DNA from: Gammaproteobacteria bacterium
GTDB lineage: Bacteria > Pseudomonadota > Gammaproteobacteria > DSM-16500
NCBI GenBank assembly: GCA_013288815.1
Contig: JABDBD010000004.1
Coordinates: forward strand, 18,404 to 82,403
Length of the DNA: 64,000 nucleotides
Direction: 5' to 3'
A model generated the notes under the pieces. That model was not told the origin of the DNA. It saw only the letters and a list, made by a program, of their open reading frames with translations, and did not search any database. Position numbers and translations under genes: made by a program. Of this stretch, positions 10,766 through 20,058 are shown one piece after another (position 1 is the first letter of the stretch; every line of letters starts with the position of its first letter).

Positions 10766-11647
10766 ATGAATCATAGTGGATTGCGAATCAGTTTTGAATT
10801 TTTCCCACCTAAAACAATTGAAGGAGAAAAGTTGCTTCACAAGGCAGTAAAAGCTCTTTCTGAAACGCAACCCGATTTTTTTTCAGTAACCTATGGAGCC
10901 GGAGGAACAACGCAAACTGGGACATTGGATGTTGTTAAAATGATACAACAGAAAGCCCATCTCAACGTTGCGCCTCATTTAACATGCGTAGGCTCTACTC
11001 GTGATAACATCACTGAGATAATTAATCAGTATAAAAATAATGGTGTCCGTCGCATTGTTGCATTGCGAGGGGATTTGCATCCTCATGCGGAGCACATCGG
11101 TGATTTAAAGTTTGCTTATGAGCTGATTGCATTAATTCGAAAATTAACTCACGATACGTTTCATATTGAAGCTGCTGCCTATCCTGAGTTTCATCCACAG
11201 GCAGAAAACGCATTGATGGATATGAAGAACTTTAAGCAAAAAATAAATGCGGGAGCCAATAGTGCTATTACTCAGTATTTCTTCAACCCAGATTCGTATT
11301 TTTACTTTTTAGATTATTGTGCAAAACTCGGTATTTATGTGCCGGTTATTCCTGGTATAATGCCGATCACGAATTTTACAAAACTAGTGCGTTTTTCAAG
11401 CTTATGCGGTGCGGAAATTCCTAGATGGATTTATAAGCGTTTGGAAGCGTATGGTGATGATGAGCTTTCACTTCAATCATTTGGTTTGGAAGTGGTCTAT
11501 GATCTATGCGAACGATTAATTAAAGGTGGAGCGCCTGGCTTGCATTTTTATACGCTTAATCAAGCAGAAGCGACGCTTAAATTGTTGAAGATGCTCAATT
11601 TAAAAAGCCAGTTGCCAGTTGTAAAAAAGGTAGATATAAAAGTTTGA
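10766..11647 (+). CDS. metF: 5,10-methylenetetrahydrofolate reductase
   Basis: SFEFFPPK, SVTYGAGG, ALRGD, AITQYFF, GLHFYTLN. Confidence 0.96.
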   Translation: MNHSGLRISFEFFPPKTIEGEKLLHKAVKALSETQPDFFSVTYGAGGTTQTGTLDVVKMIQQKAHLNVAPHLTCVGSTRDNITEIINQYKNNGVRRIVALRGDLHPHAEHIGDLKFAYELIALIRKLTHDTFHIEAAAYPEFHPQAENALMDMKNFKQKINAGANSAITQYFFNPDSYFYFLDYCAKLGIYVPVIPGIMPITNFTKLVRFSSLCGAEIPRWIYKRLEAYGDDELSLQSFGLEVVYDLCERLIKGGAPGLHFYTLNQAEATLKLLKMLNLKSQLPVVKKVDIKV

Positions 11648-11664
11648 TAAAGGAATGATGAGAA

Positions 11665-12678
11665 ATGGATATTGACAATACTTCACAAGCACATCCTAAA
11701 CAATTATCTATTGTTGTCCCCGTTTATAAAGAAGCTTCGAATATCCAACCATTTCTTCAGCGTTTAGAGCCTGTTCTTGCTAAGCTAAATATCCAATATG
11801 AGATTATCTTTTGTCTAGATCCTTCACCGGATCATACTGAGGAAGTGATATTAAAAGAAATTGAGCGAAATACGCATATTCAGTTACTTGTATTTTCCAG
11901 ACGGTTTGGGCAGCCTGCTGCAACGATGGCTGGAATTCTTCATTGCAAAGGCCAAGCTTGTGTTGTGATCGATGTGGATTTACAAGATCCTCCAGAATTA
12001 ATTGTAATGATGTATCACAAGTTTAAAGAAGGCTTTGAAGTTGTCTATGCAAAACGAAATTCACGCAAAGGTGAAACGTTAATTAAGCGGTTTCTTTCTT
12101 TTATTGGATACAAACTCATTAATAAATTGAGTGATGTTTATATTCCCCGAGATACCGGCGATTTTCGCATTTTATCGAGACGTGTGATAGAAGAGATTCG
12201 ATTGCTGCAAGAAACACATGGTTTTTTACGTGGCTTAGTCGCATACGTCGGATTCAAACAAACATTTGTGGCGTATGATAGAGATGAACGATTTGCTGGG
12301 CAGGGTAATTATAATCGATTTACTGGCTCACTTAAAATTGGATTGAATGGATTAATCAGTTTTAGTAGCAGACCTTTGCAGGTTATGTCGATTAGCGGTG
12401 CATTTTTTGCAGGGTTCAGTTTTCTTCTGGGTACTTGGTATGTTTTTCAAAAGCTCATTGGAATTAATCTAACACCAGGATTATCGACAACAGTATTGTT
12501 TATTACTTTCTTTTCGGGCGTGCAATTACTTTCTCTGGGTTTGATGGGTGAATATATAGGCCGAATTTATGATGAAGTGAAAAAACGTCCTATGTTTATT
12601 TTAGATCGGAACGTGACACATGATTCCTTGATGAAAAAAAAGGAAACTACTAAAGAAAATAAATGTGAATATTTATAA
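11665..12678 (+). CDS. GT2 polyprenol-phosphate glycosyltransferase (GtrB/ArnC-like)
   Basis: FSRRFGQPAA, DVDLQDPPE, TGDFR, two C-terminal TM helices, GEYIGRIYDEVKKRP. Confidence 0.9.
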   Translation: MDIDNTSQAHPKQLSIVVPVYKEASNIQPFLQRLEPVLAKLNIQYEIIFCLDPSPDHTEEVILKEIERNTHIQLLVFSRRFGQPAATMAGILHCKGQACVVIDVDLQDPPELIVMMYHKFKEGFEVVYAKRNSRKGETLIKRFLSFIGYKLINKLSDVYIPRDTGDFRILSRRVIEEIRLLQETHGFLRGLVAYVGFKQTFVAYDRDERFAGQGNYNRFTGSLKIGLNGLISFSSRPLQVMSISGAFFAGFSFLLGTWYVFQKLIGINLTPGLSTTVLFITFFSGVQLLSLGLMGEYIGRIYDEVKKRPMFILDRNVTHDSLMKKKETTKENKCEYL

Positions 12679-13097
12679 TGTCTTTACATTTGCAATACAT
12701 AAACTACCTTTTAGCGAATAAAAAATCGATTATTTCCTTTTGTGTTGTTGGTTTATTGACAGCAATTATTTATTTTATTGCTTTCACTGTTTTTTGGAAA
12801 ATATTAGGTATGGGATATATCCTATCTCTTACCTTATCTAACATTTTTTCCATCTTATTTCATTTTACAACGAATAATAGAATTACTTTTCAAAATAAAA
12901 ATACCCGGTTTTCAACTAAAGTAGCAAAGTATTCAGTTCTGCTTACAATAAATTATGTCATCACTGTGTTGATAGTGAGTGCTATGGTTGAAAAATTTAA
13001 TGTGTCTCCTTATCTGGGGATTATTATAGCCATTGGCGTCAATGTAAATTTAGGTTATCTCATGTCGCGTTACTGGGTGTTTCGAAATATAGAATAG
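12678..13097 (+). CDS. GtrA-family polyprenol-phosphate-sugar flippase
   Basis: 139 aa, four hydrophobic segments, ends YLMSRYWVF; coupled to the GtrB-like gene. Confidence 0.82.
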   Translation: MSLHLQYINYLLANKKSIISFCVVGLLTAIIYFIAFTVFWKILGMGYILSLTLSNIFSILFHFTTNNRITFQNKNTRFSTKVAKYSVLLTINYVITVLIVSAMVEKFNVSPYLGIIIAIGVNVNLGYLMSRYWVFRNIE

Positions 13098-13112
13098 AAA
13101 AGGAGAGTTTGA

Positions 13113-14069
13113 TTGCGTTATTTTATTACCGGATGCGCAGGATTTATTGGCAGCAATTTAGCGGACAGACTGCTGAGTGAGGGCCATGAAGTCGTTGGTT
13201 ACGATAACTTTTCTACGGGCTTTAATGAATTTTTAGTGAATGCGAATGAATCTTCACGATTTAAGTTAGTTAAGGCGGACTTATTAGATAAAGATCTATT
13301 AATTGCCGCAATGAAAAATATCGATATTGTTTGTCATATGGCTGCCAATGCAGATGTTCGTTATGGTACTCATCATCCACACAAAGATTTAGAACAAAAT
13401 GCAATCGCAACATTCCATGTGTTAGAAGCGATGAGAGAGAATGGCGTAAAAAAAATTGCTTTTGCATCAACGGGCTCTATTTATGGTGAAGCAGAGATGA
13501 TTCCTACACCTGAACATGCTCCTTTTCCGATTCAAACGTCACTCTATGGAGCTTCTAAGTTAGCTGCTGAGGGGCTTATTCAAGCGTATTGTGAGGGATT
13601 TGATTTTCAAGCCTATATTTTTCGGTTTGTTTCAATTCTCGGTGAGCGCTATACGCATGGACACATCTTTGATTTTTACAAACAATTACTGAATGATGCG
13701 ACGAGGCTTACCATTTTGGGAAATGGTAAACAACGCAAATCTTATTTATATATTCAGGACTGCATAGATGGAATGCTCTCTGCATTACAATTATCAACAA
13801 ACAAAGTCAATATTTATAATTTAGGAACGGATGAATATTGCGATGTCAATAATTCAATCGGTTGGATTAGTGAATTTTTAAATGTGAGCCCTGAAAAAAT
13901 TTATACGGGTGGAAATAAAGGTTGGATAGGTGACAACCCATTTATATTTCTCGATTGTGAACGCATGCGTAACTTAGGTTGGAAACCAAAGCTATCGATA
14001 CGTGAGGGTGTCACAAAAACAATTAAATATTTGACAGAAAATCCATGGATAATGGAGTTTAGAGAATGA
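13113..14069 (+). CDS. NAD-dependent nucleotide-sugar epimerase (LmbM-like candidate)
   Basis: GCAGFIG, ASTGSIYG, YGASK; TTG start preceded by an AGGAG RBS. Confidence 0.88.
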   Translation: MRYFITGCAGFIGSNLADRLLSEGHEVVGYDNFSTGFNEFLVNANESSRFKLVKADLLDKDLLIAAMKNIDIVCHMAANADVRYGTHHPHKDLEQNAIATFHVLEAMRENGVKKIAFASTGSIYGEAEMIPTPEHAPFPIQTSLYGASKLAAEGLIQAYCEGFDFQAYIFRFVSILGERYTHGHIFDFYKQLLNDATRLTILGNGKQRKSYLYIQDCIDGMLSALQLSTNKVNIYNLGTDEYCDVNNSIGWISEFLNVSPEKIYTGGNKGWIGDNPFIFLDCERMRNLGWKPKLSIREGVTKTIKYLTENPWIMEFRE

Positions 14070-15358
14070 AAATTGCCGTGATAGGATTATGGCATTTAGG
14101 CTGTGTTACCGCAGCTTGTTTAGCGAAAGCAGGCCATGATGTTGTTGGCTATGATAATAATGCAGAGATCATACAACAATTAAAAATCGGAAAAGCTCCT
14201 TTATTTGAGCCGGGATTAGATGGTCTCATTCTTACTATGCAACAGCAAAGAAAATTAAAATTTAATATGGATGCGAATCATATTACAGACGCAGACATTG
14301 TATGGGTGACGTTTGACACACCCGTTGATCAGGATGATAGAGCAGACACGCTTTGGGTTGAGGCTGAGATAAAAAAGTTATTTCCTTATCTTAAAAATGA
14401 TGGCGTCATGATTATTTCTTCGCAGTTACCCGTAGGCACGATAGATAAACTTCATAAAGAATTTACTCACTGTCTGCCAAAAAATAAAATAACACTCGTT
14501 TGTATTCCTGAAAATTTACGTTTAGGAAAATCAATTGCCGTGTTTTCTCATCCTGATCGAATTATTGTTGGACTGGATGATCTAGAAAAAAAATCTGAAA
14601 TTCAAACATTGCTGAAACCTATCTCAGAAAATATTGTGTGGATGTCTGTCGTTTCTGCAGAAATGACAAAACATGCCATTAATTCCTTTCTCGCTGTATC
14701 CGTTACGTTTATCAATGAGCTAGCAGCAATATGCGAAACAGTTGGAGCAAATGCAAAAGACGTTGAGGCTGGATTAAAAACGGAAGAACGGATTGGACCA
14801 AAGGCTTACTTGCGTCCAGGTGGTGCAATTGCAGGCGGTACGTTGATGCGAGACGTAAATTATTTAGAAGAAATAGGTAAGAATAAACATCGTGAAACCT
14901 GTTTGCTTTCATCTGTTATCAAGAGTAATCACTATCACAAACAATGGTCGTGTCGTAAATTGTTAGATGTGTTAAAAAATATAAATGGCAAAACAATTGC
15001 TATGCTAGGTTTAACTTACAAAGCGGACACAGATACATTGCGGCGTTCTTCAGCGATAGAAACGTGCGAATGGTTAGCAAAAGAAGGTGTGGTTATTCAT
15101 GCTTATGATCCTGGTATTGCTTGTTTGCCTCCTCAACTAGCCCAGTTTATTTCGATTAAACATACTGTTGCCGATGCATTGAAGACGGCAGATGCAGTCA
15201 TCATATCGACTGAACATCCTCAATTTCAAGAATTGACAGCAAATGATTTTTGTCAATCATCGATAAAACAAATTGTGCTTGATCCTAGCGGTTTTGTTGC
15301 AAAAAAATTAATGAATGATAGTCGTATCCAATATTTTTCAGTCGGAGTTCCTTCATGA
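14066..15358 (+). CDS. UDP-glucose/GDP-mannose dehydrogenase-family protein lacking the catalytic Cys (LmbL-like candidate)
   Basis: GLWHLG, PENLRLG, AEMTKHAIN, GGTLMRD in place of GGxCxxxD. Confidence 0.85.
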   Translation: MKIAVIGLWHLGCVTAACLAKAGHDVVGYDNNAEIIQQLKIGKAPLFEPGLDGLILTMQQQRKLKFNMDANHITDADIVWVTFDTPVDQDDRADTLWVEAEIKKLFPYLKNDGVMIISSQLPVGTIDKLHKEFTHCLPKNKITLVCIPENLRLGKSIAVFSHPDRIIVGLDDLEKKSEIQTLLKPISENIVWMSVVSAEMTKHAINSFLAVSVTFINELAAICETVGANAKDVEAGLKTEERIGPKAYLRPGGAIAGGTLMRDVNYLEEIGKNKHRETCLLSSVIKSNHYHKQWSCRKLLDVLKNINGKTIAMLGLTYKADTDTLRRSSAIETCEWLAKEGVVIHAYDPGIACLPPQLAQFISIKHTVADALKTADAVIISTEHPQFQELTANDFCQSSIKQIVLDPSGFVAKKLMNDSRIQYFSVGVPS

Positions 15359-16227
15359 ATTTATCTGGGTGTTGTGTTCTTATAACGGGTGCGAGTCAAG
15401 GATTGGGTTTTGAAATTGCAAAACACTTTGTCTCGGAAGGTGCACGTGTCATGATTTGTGCGCGTGATGTATCAAATTTATTGTCTGCTAAAAATGAATT
15501 ATTAAAAATTGCAGTGAATGATGCTCAGGTTTTTTCATTGACGGCAGATATTTCAAAAAAAGATGACGTTGAAAGATTGGTGAGTGAGTCGATTAGTAGA
15601 ATGGGTAAATTAGATGTGCTGGTTGCAAATGCTGGTATTTACGGCCCAAAAGGGTGCATTGAAGAAACGGATTGGGAAGAGTGGTCTGCTGCGATCGATA
15701 TCAATCTGAAGGGAACAGTGCTGCAATGCCGTTCAGTTATTCCGTATTTTAAAAAACAAGGCAGCGGTAAAATAATCATTTTATCAGGCGGCGGGGCAAC
15801 CAAGCCTATGCCATTTCTCAGTGCATATGCAGCATCAAAAGCAGGCGTTGTGCGCTTTGCTGAAACATTAGCAGAAGAAGTCAGTGAGTATCATATTGAT
15901 GTCAATACCATTGCTCCAGGTTCCCTAAACACGCGACTATTGGGTGAGATATTAGAAGCTGGGCCCCAAAAAGTGGGTGAGAAATTCTACGCGAGTGCTT
16001 TACAGCAACAAGAGAATGGCGGTACGGCGTTTAGTATACCGGTGTCATTATGTTCTTTCTTAGCATCATCAAAAAGTAATGGAATAACCGGAAAGTTACT
16101 GAGTGCATTATGGGATCCTTGGTCTAAACTTCCGGAATTAATCGATGAATTGAAACGCTCGGATATTTATACGTTGCGACGAATCATTCCTAGCGACAGA
16201 AATAAATCATGGGATGAAATGCTGTGA
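15355..16227 (+). CDS. short-chain dehydrogenase/reductase
   Basis: TGASQGLG, ANAG, YAASK. Confidence 0.88.
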   Translation: MNLSGCCVLITGASQGLGFEIAKHFVSEGARVMICARDVSNLLSAKNELLKIAVNDAQVFSLTADISKKDDVERLVSESISRMGKLDVLVANAGIYGPKGCIEETDWEEWSAAIDINLKGTVLQCRSVIPYFKKQGSGKIIILSGGGATKPMPFLSAYAASKAGVVRFAETLAEEVSEYHIDVNTIAPGSLNTRLLGEILEAGPQKVGEKFYASALQQQENGGTAFSIPVSLCSFLASSKSNGITGKLLSALWDPWSKLPELIDELKRSDIYTLRRIIPSDRNKSWDEML

Positions 16228-17213
16228 ATATTGCAATCATAGGATGTGGTTTAATCGGAGAAAAACGGGCAAATTCACTCTTGTCGCAGCATGTTGTATT
16301 GTGTGTTGATGTTGTCGAAAGCAAGGCAGAATCACTTGCAAAAAAATTTCCAGCTTGTCAAGTTTCATCAAAATGGGAAGATGCCATTAATGATCCTAAG
16401 ATTGAGTTGATTATTATAGCTACGCTGCATCACTCCTTAGCGGAGATTGCATTGGCAGCAGCGCAACAAGGAAAACATATTTTAATTGAAAAACCAGGTG
16501 CAAGAAATTCGGCGGAATTAAAACTTATCATGGAAGCTGCGAAAAAATCAGGTTCTTTAATTCATGTTGGATTTAATCATCGATATCATCGTGCGCTACG
16601 CAAAGCCAAGGAATTAATTGATCAAAATGAATTAGGTGATCTCATGTTCGTTCGTGGTCGATATGGGCACGGCGGTAGACTTGGTTATGAAAAAGAATGG
16701 CGTGCGCAACCTGCTTTGTCTGGTGGCGGTGAATTGATTGATCAAGGTGTGCATCTCATCGATCTTGCGCGCTGGTTTTTAGGCGAGTTCACCCATGTTC
16801 AGGGTCATGCACATACTTATTTTTGGGATATGCCTGTCGATGACAATGGTTTTTTAATTTTGAAAACAGCCAAACAACAAACTGCTTTTTTACATGTCAG
16901 TTGCACTGAATGGAAGAATTTATTTTCATTTGAAATTTATGGTCGCCAAGGAAAAATTGATATTCATGGTTTGGGTGGTAGTTATGGACTAGAGAAAATT
17001 ACATTTTATAAAATGTCTCCAACGATGGGGCCTCCAGAGACGTTTTCATGGGAATATCCTATGTTGGATAATTCCTGGGAGGTGGAAATGGCAGAATTTT
17101 TGAATGATATTAAAAATCATCGCCAACCGAAGACAAATTTGCACGATGCAGAATCCGCTTTGAAAATTGTGGAAGAAATTTATAGGATATCTCACTATGA
17201 TTATTGTACGTAG
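16224..17213 (+). CDS. Gfo/Idh/MocA oxidoreductase (LmbZ-like candidate)
   Basis: GCGLIG, IEKPG, GFNHRY, GGGELIDQGVHLIDL. Confidence 0.88.
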   Translation: MNIAIIGCGLIGEKRANSLLSQHVVLCVDVVESKAESLAKKFPACQVSSKWEDAINDPKIELIIIATLHHSLAEIALAAAQQGKHILIEKPGARNSAELKLIMEAAKKSGSLIHVGFNHRYHRALRKAKELIDQNELGDLMFVRGRYGHGGRLGYEKEWRAQPALSGGGELIDQGVHLIDLARWFLGEFTHVQGHAHTYFWDMPVDDNGFLILKTAKQQTAFLHVSCTEWKNLFSFEIYGRQGKIDIHGLGGSYGLEKITFYKMSPTMGPPETFSWEYPMLDNSWEVEMAEFLNDIKNHRQPKTNLHDAESALKIVEEIYRISHYDYCT

Positions 17214-18177
17214 CCCTTTACGCATATCGTTGGGTGGTGGTGGAACTGACTTACCTTCTTATTATCAAGATCATACGGGTTTTTTAATTGCAGCTGCGAT
17301 TGATAAATACGTTTATATCACATTGCATCAAACTTTTGTGCAAGAGTTAATTATTAAATATTCCAAATTAGAAAGAGTCTATTCGTTAGATGAAATTGAG
17401 CATCCCATTATTCGCGAAGCATTACGTTATTTGTCTGTTCCTGCGCCTCAGCTTGAAATCACTAGCATGGCAGATATCCCTTCTGGGACAGGATTAGGTT
17501 CTTCAGGAAGCTTTACGACTGCTTTGCTAAAGGCGCTGCATACTCTCAAAAAAAACTTAATTCATCCGCGTGAATTAGCTGAGCAAGCATGCCACATTGA
17601 GCTTAATTTATTGAAAGAACCTATAGGCAAACAAGATCAATATATTGCTGCTTATGGTGGGATCACTTGTTTTCGTTTTTTAACAAATCATCAGGTCGAA
17701 GCTTGGCCGCTGCAGATTGAGCAAGAAACATTGTTTAATTTAGAAGATAACTTATTACTTTTTTTTACTGGATATTCACGGTCAGCTTCTACTATTCTGT
17801 TGGAACAAGATCAAAAATCGAAAGAAAAAGAATCCGATATGATATCTAATTTACATTTTATTAAAGAGCTTGGCCTAAAAAGTAAAGACGCATTGGAATC
17901 TGGAAATTTGCTGGAATTTGCTGAGCTAATGAATGTTCACTGGGAATATAAAAAGCAGCGCTCACGGAATATGAGTAATAATAATATTGATGATTGGTAT
18001 GCATTGGCCAGAAAAAATGGTGCGCTCGGTGGAAAAATGATTGGAGCTGGCGGAGGTGGCTTTCTCATGTTCTACACACAGGACAAGCTAAAATTGCGAC
18101 ACACTATGCGAGAGGCTGGATTAAGTGAAGTGCGTTTTCGGTTTGATTTTTCAGGAACGCAGGTGTTAGCACAGTAA
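17197..18177 (+). CDS. GHMP-family sugar-phosphate kinase (HddA/LmbP-like)
   Basis: RSPLRISLGGGGTD, GTGLGSS, GKQDQY, GAGGGGF; ATG at 17197 preferred. Confidence 0.9.
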   Translation: MIIVRSPLRISLGGGGTDLPSYYQDHTGFLIAAAIDKYVYITLHQTFVQELIIKYSKLERVYSLDEIEHPIIREALRYLSVPAPQLEITSMADIPSGTGLGSSGSFTTALLKALHTLKKNLIHPRELAEQACHIELNLLKEPIGKQDQYIAAYGGITCFRFLTNHQVEAWPLQIEQETLFNLEDNLLLFFTGYSRSASTILLEQDQKSKEKESDMISNLHFIKELGLKSKDALESGNLLEFAELMNVHWEYKKQRSRNMSNNNIDDWYALARKNGALGGKMIGAGGGGFLMFYTQDKLKLRHTMREAGLSEVRFRFDFSGTQVLAQ

Positions 18178-18186
18178 GGAATTAAC

Positions 18187-18888
18187 ATGTTACCTATCGT
18201 GATTATTGCTGGAGGATTAGCAACACGGCTGCGTCCTGTCACTGAGACCATACCGAAGTCGCTGATTGATATTAATGGCGAACCTTTCGTCTCTCATCAG
18301 CTGCATCTATTGAGAGAAAATGGTATAAAGGAAGTCGTGATGTGTTTAGGATATTTAGGCGAGAAAATTGTCGATTTTGTCGGTAACGGGCATCAGTTTA
18401 ATCTTCATGTGCAGTATGTTTTTGATGGTGAAAAACTTTTAGGTACCGCTGGTGCAATCAAAAAAGCATTATCATTGCTGAGTGAAAATTTTTTTGTTAT
18501 CAATGGCGATTCTTATCTTCCGTGTGATTATTTGGCAATACAAAATGCTTTTTTTAAGTTAAATAAAAAAGCATTAATGACAGTATTCCGTAATGAAAAT
18601 GTTGGGGATATGAGTAATGTTGAATATGTCGATGGTGTCATTGTGAATTACGACAAACAAAATCGAAATGACCGCATGAAATATATCGATTATGGATTAG
18701 AAGTATTCTCTCAAAAAGCATTTGAAGATCTCTCTGACAATCAAGTGTGTGATTTAAGTGTGATTTATCAAAAATTAATAAGAGAAAGTCAATTAGCTGC
18801 TTGTGAAGTGAAACAGAAATTTTATGAGAATGGATCATTCAGTGGAATTGCGGATCTTGAATCTTATTTACAGATTGAGAGTGTTTAA
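18187..18888 (+). CDS. sugar-1-phosphate nucleotidyltransferase (HddC/LmbO-like)
   Basis: AGGLATRLRP...IPKSL, LLGTAGA, NGDSY. Confidence 0.88.
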   Translation: MLPIVIIAGGLATRLRPVTETIPKSLIDINGEPFVSHQLHLLRENGIKEVVMCLGYLGEKIVDFVGNGHQFNLHVQYVFDGEKLLGTAGAIKKALSLLSENFFVINGDSYLPCDYLAIQNAFFKLNKKALMTVFRNENVGDMSNVEYVDGVIVNYDKQNRNDRMKYIDYGLEVFSQKAFEDLSDNQVCDLSVIYQKLIRESQLAACEVKQKFYENGSFSGIADLESYLQIESV

Positions 18889-18911
18889 TTTTAAAAAATA
18901 AAGGAGCAATA

Positions 18912-19532
18912 ATGCATTTTATAAAAACTTTTTTAACTGAGGCTGCCGAAATTCTCGCACAACTCAACACCCACCAAATTGAAAATGCGATTCAGATCTT
19001 GGCGTCACTGAAAAAAAATAATGGCAGATTGTTTGTGCTAGGTGTAGGCGGCAGTGCAGGTAATGCTTCCCATGCCGTGAATGATTTTCGAAAAATTGTC
19101 GGTATCGAAGCGTATGCTCCAACCGACAATGTCTCTGAATTAACTGCACGTACGAATGATGAAGGTTGGTCTACTGTTTTTTCAAACTGGTTAGCAGTGA
19201 GTCGTTTAAATTCGAATGATGCTATTCTTATTCTATCCGTTGGTGGAGGTAATCTCGAAAAAAATGTGAGCCCTAATTTAGTTGAAGCATTAATATATGC
19301 AAAAAAGATCGGTGCAAAAATCATAGGAATTGTTGGTAGAGATGGTGGCTATACCGCAAAAGTAGCAGATGCTTGTATCATTATTCCCACGCCTAATCCT
19401 GACAATACAACACCGCATGCAGAAGCATTTCAAGCAGTGATTTGGCATTTATTTGTTTCTCATCCAGCATTAAAAAAATCACAAACGAAGTGGGAGTCTG
19501 TTGTCTATGAAAAGGAAAGCAGTGTTTTTTGA
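18912..19532 (+). CDS. SIS-domain sugar-phosphate isomerase (divergent GmhA/LmbN-like)
   Basis: GVGGSAGNASHAVND, TARTNDEGW, TPHAEAFQ. Confidence 0.85.
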   Translation: MHFIKTFLTEAAEILAQLNTHQIENAIQILASLKKNNGRLFVLGVGGSAGNASHAVNDFRKIVGIEAYAPTDNVSELTARTNDEGWSTVFSNWLAVSRLNSNDAILILSVGGGNLEKNVSPNLVEALIYAKKIGAKIIGIVGRDGGYTAKVADACIIIPTPNPDNTTPHAEAFQAVIWHLFVSHPALKKSQTKWESVVYEKESSVF

Positions 19533-20043
19533 TAGAGATGGCGTTCTAAATTATGCCGTGCTGAGAAATGGAAAAACGTTTCCACCTCCAACGTTAGATG
19601 ATTTGCGCATTCCACCAGATGCGTTTTCTGCATTAACATCTTTAAAAGCAGCGGGATATTTATTAGTTGGAGCGACTAATCAACCAGATGTAGCAAGAGG
19701 CACAACGCCACGCCAAACGGTTGAAGCAATTAATTTAAAATTAATGCAAGAGTTGCCGTTGGATGAAATTCGTGTGTGTTATCACGACAATCAAGATAAT
19801 TGTTTATGTCGAAAACCACAGCCAGGATTATTATTAGAGGCTGCGAGTATACATGCGATTGATTTATCGAACAGTATCATGATTGGAGATAGAGCTAAGG
19901 ATTTAGAGGCGGGAGCGCGAGTGGGTTGTAAAACAATTTGGATGCGCTATGATCATACTTTGGAAGAGGTGCAAGGTTCGGATTTTATTGCAACTTCACT
20001 ATCAGAAGCTGCGCAGTGGATACAAGCCTTACAAAATATTTAA
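19507..20043 (+). CDS. gmhB: HAD-IIIA sugar bisphosphate phosphatase (GmhB/LmbK-like)
   Basis: FFDRDGVLN, TNQ, CYH...CLCRKPQPG, IGD. Confidence 0.85.
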   Translation: MKRKAVFFDRDGVLNYAVLRNGKTFPPPTLDDLRIPPDAFSALTSLKAAGYLLVGATNQPDVARGTTPRQTVEAINLKLMQELPLDEIRVCYHDNQDNCLCRKPQPGLLLEAASIHAIDLSNSIMIGDRAKDLEAGARVGCKTIWMRYDHTLEEVQGSDFIATSLSEAAQWIQALQNI

Positions 20044-20058
20044 TTCAAGGAGGGATGA

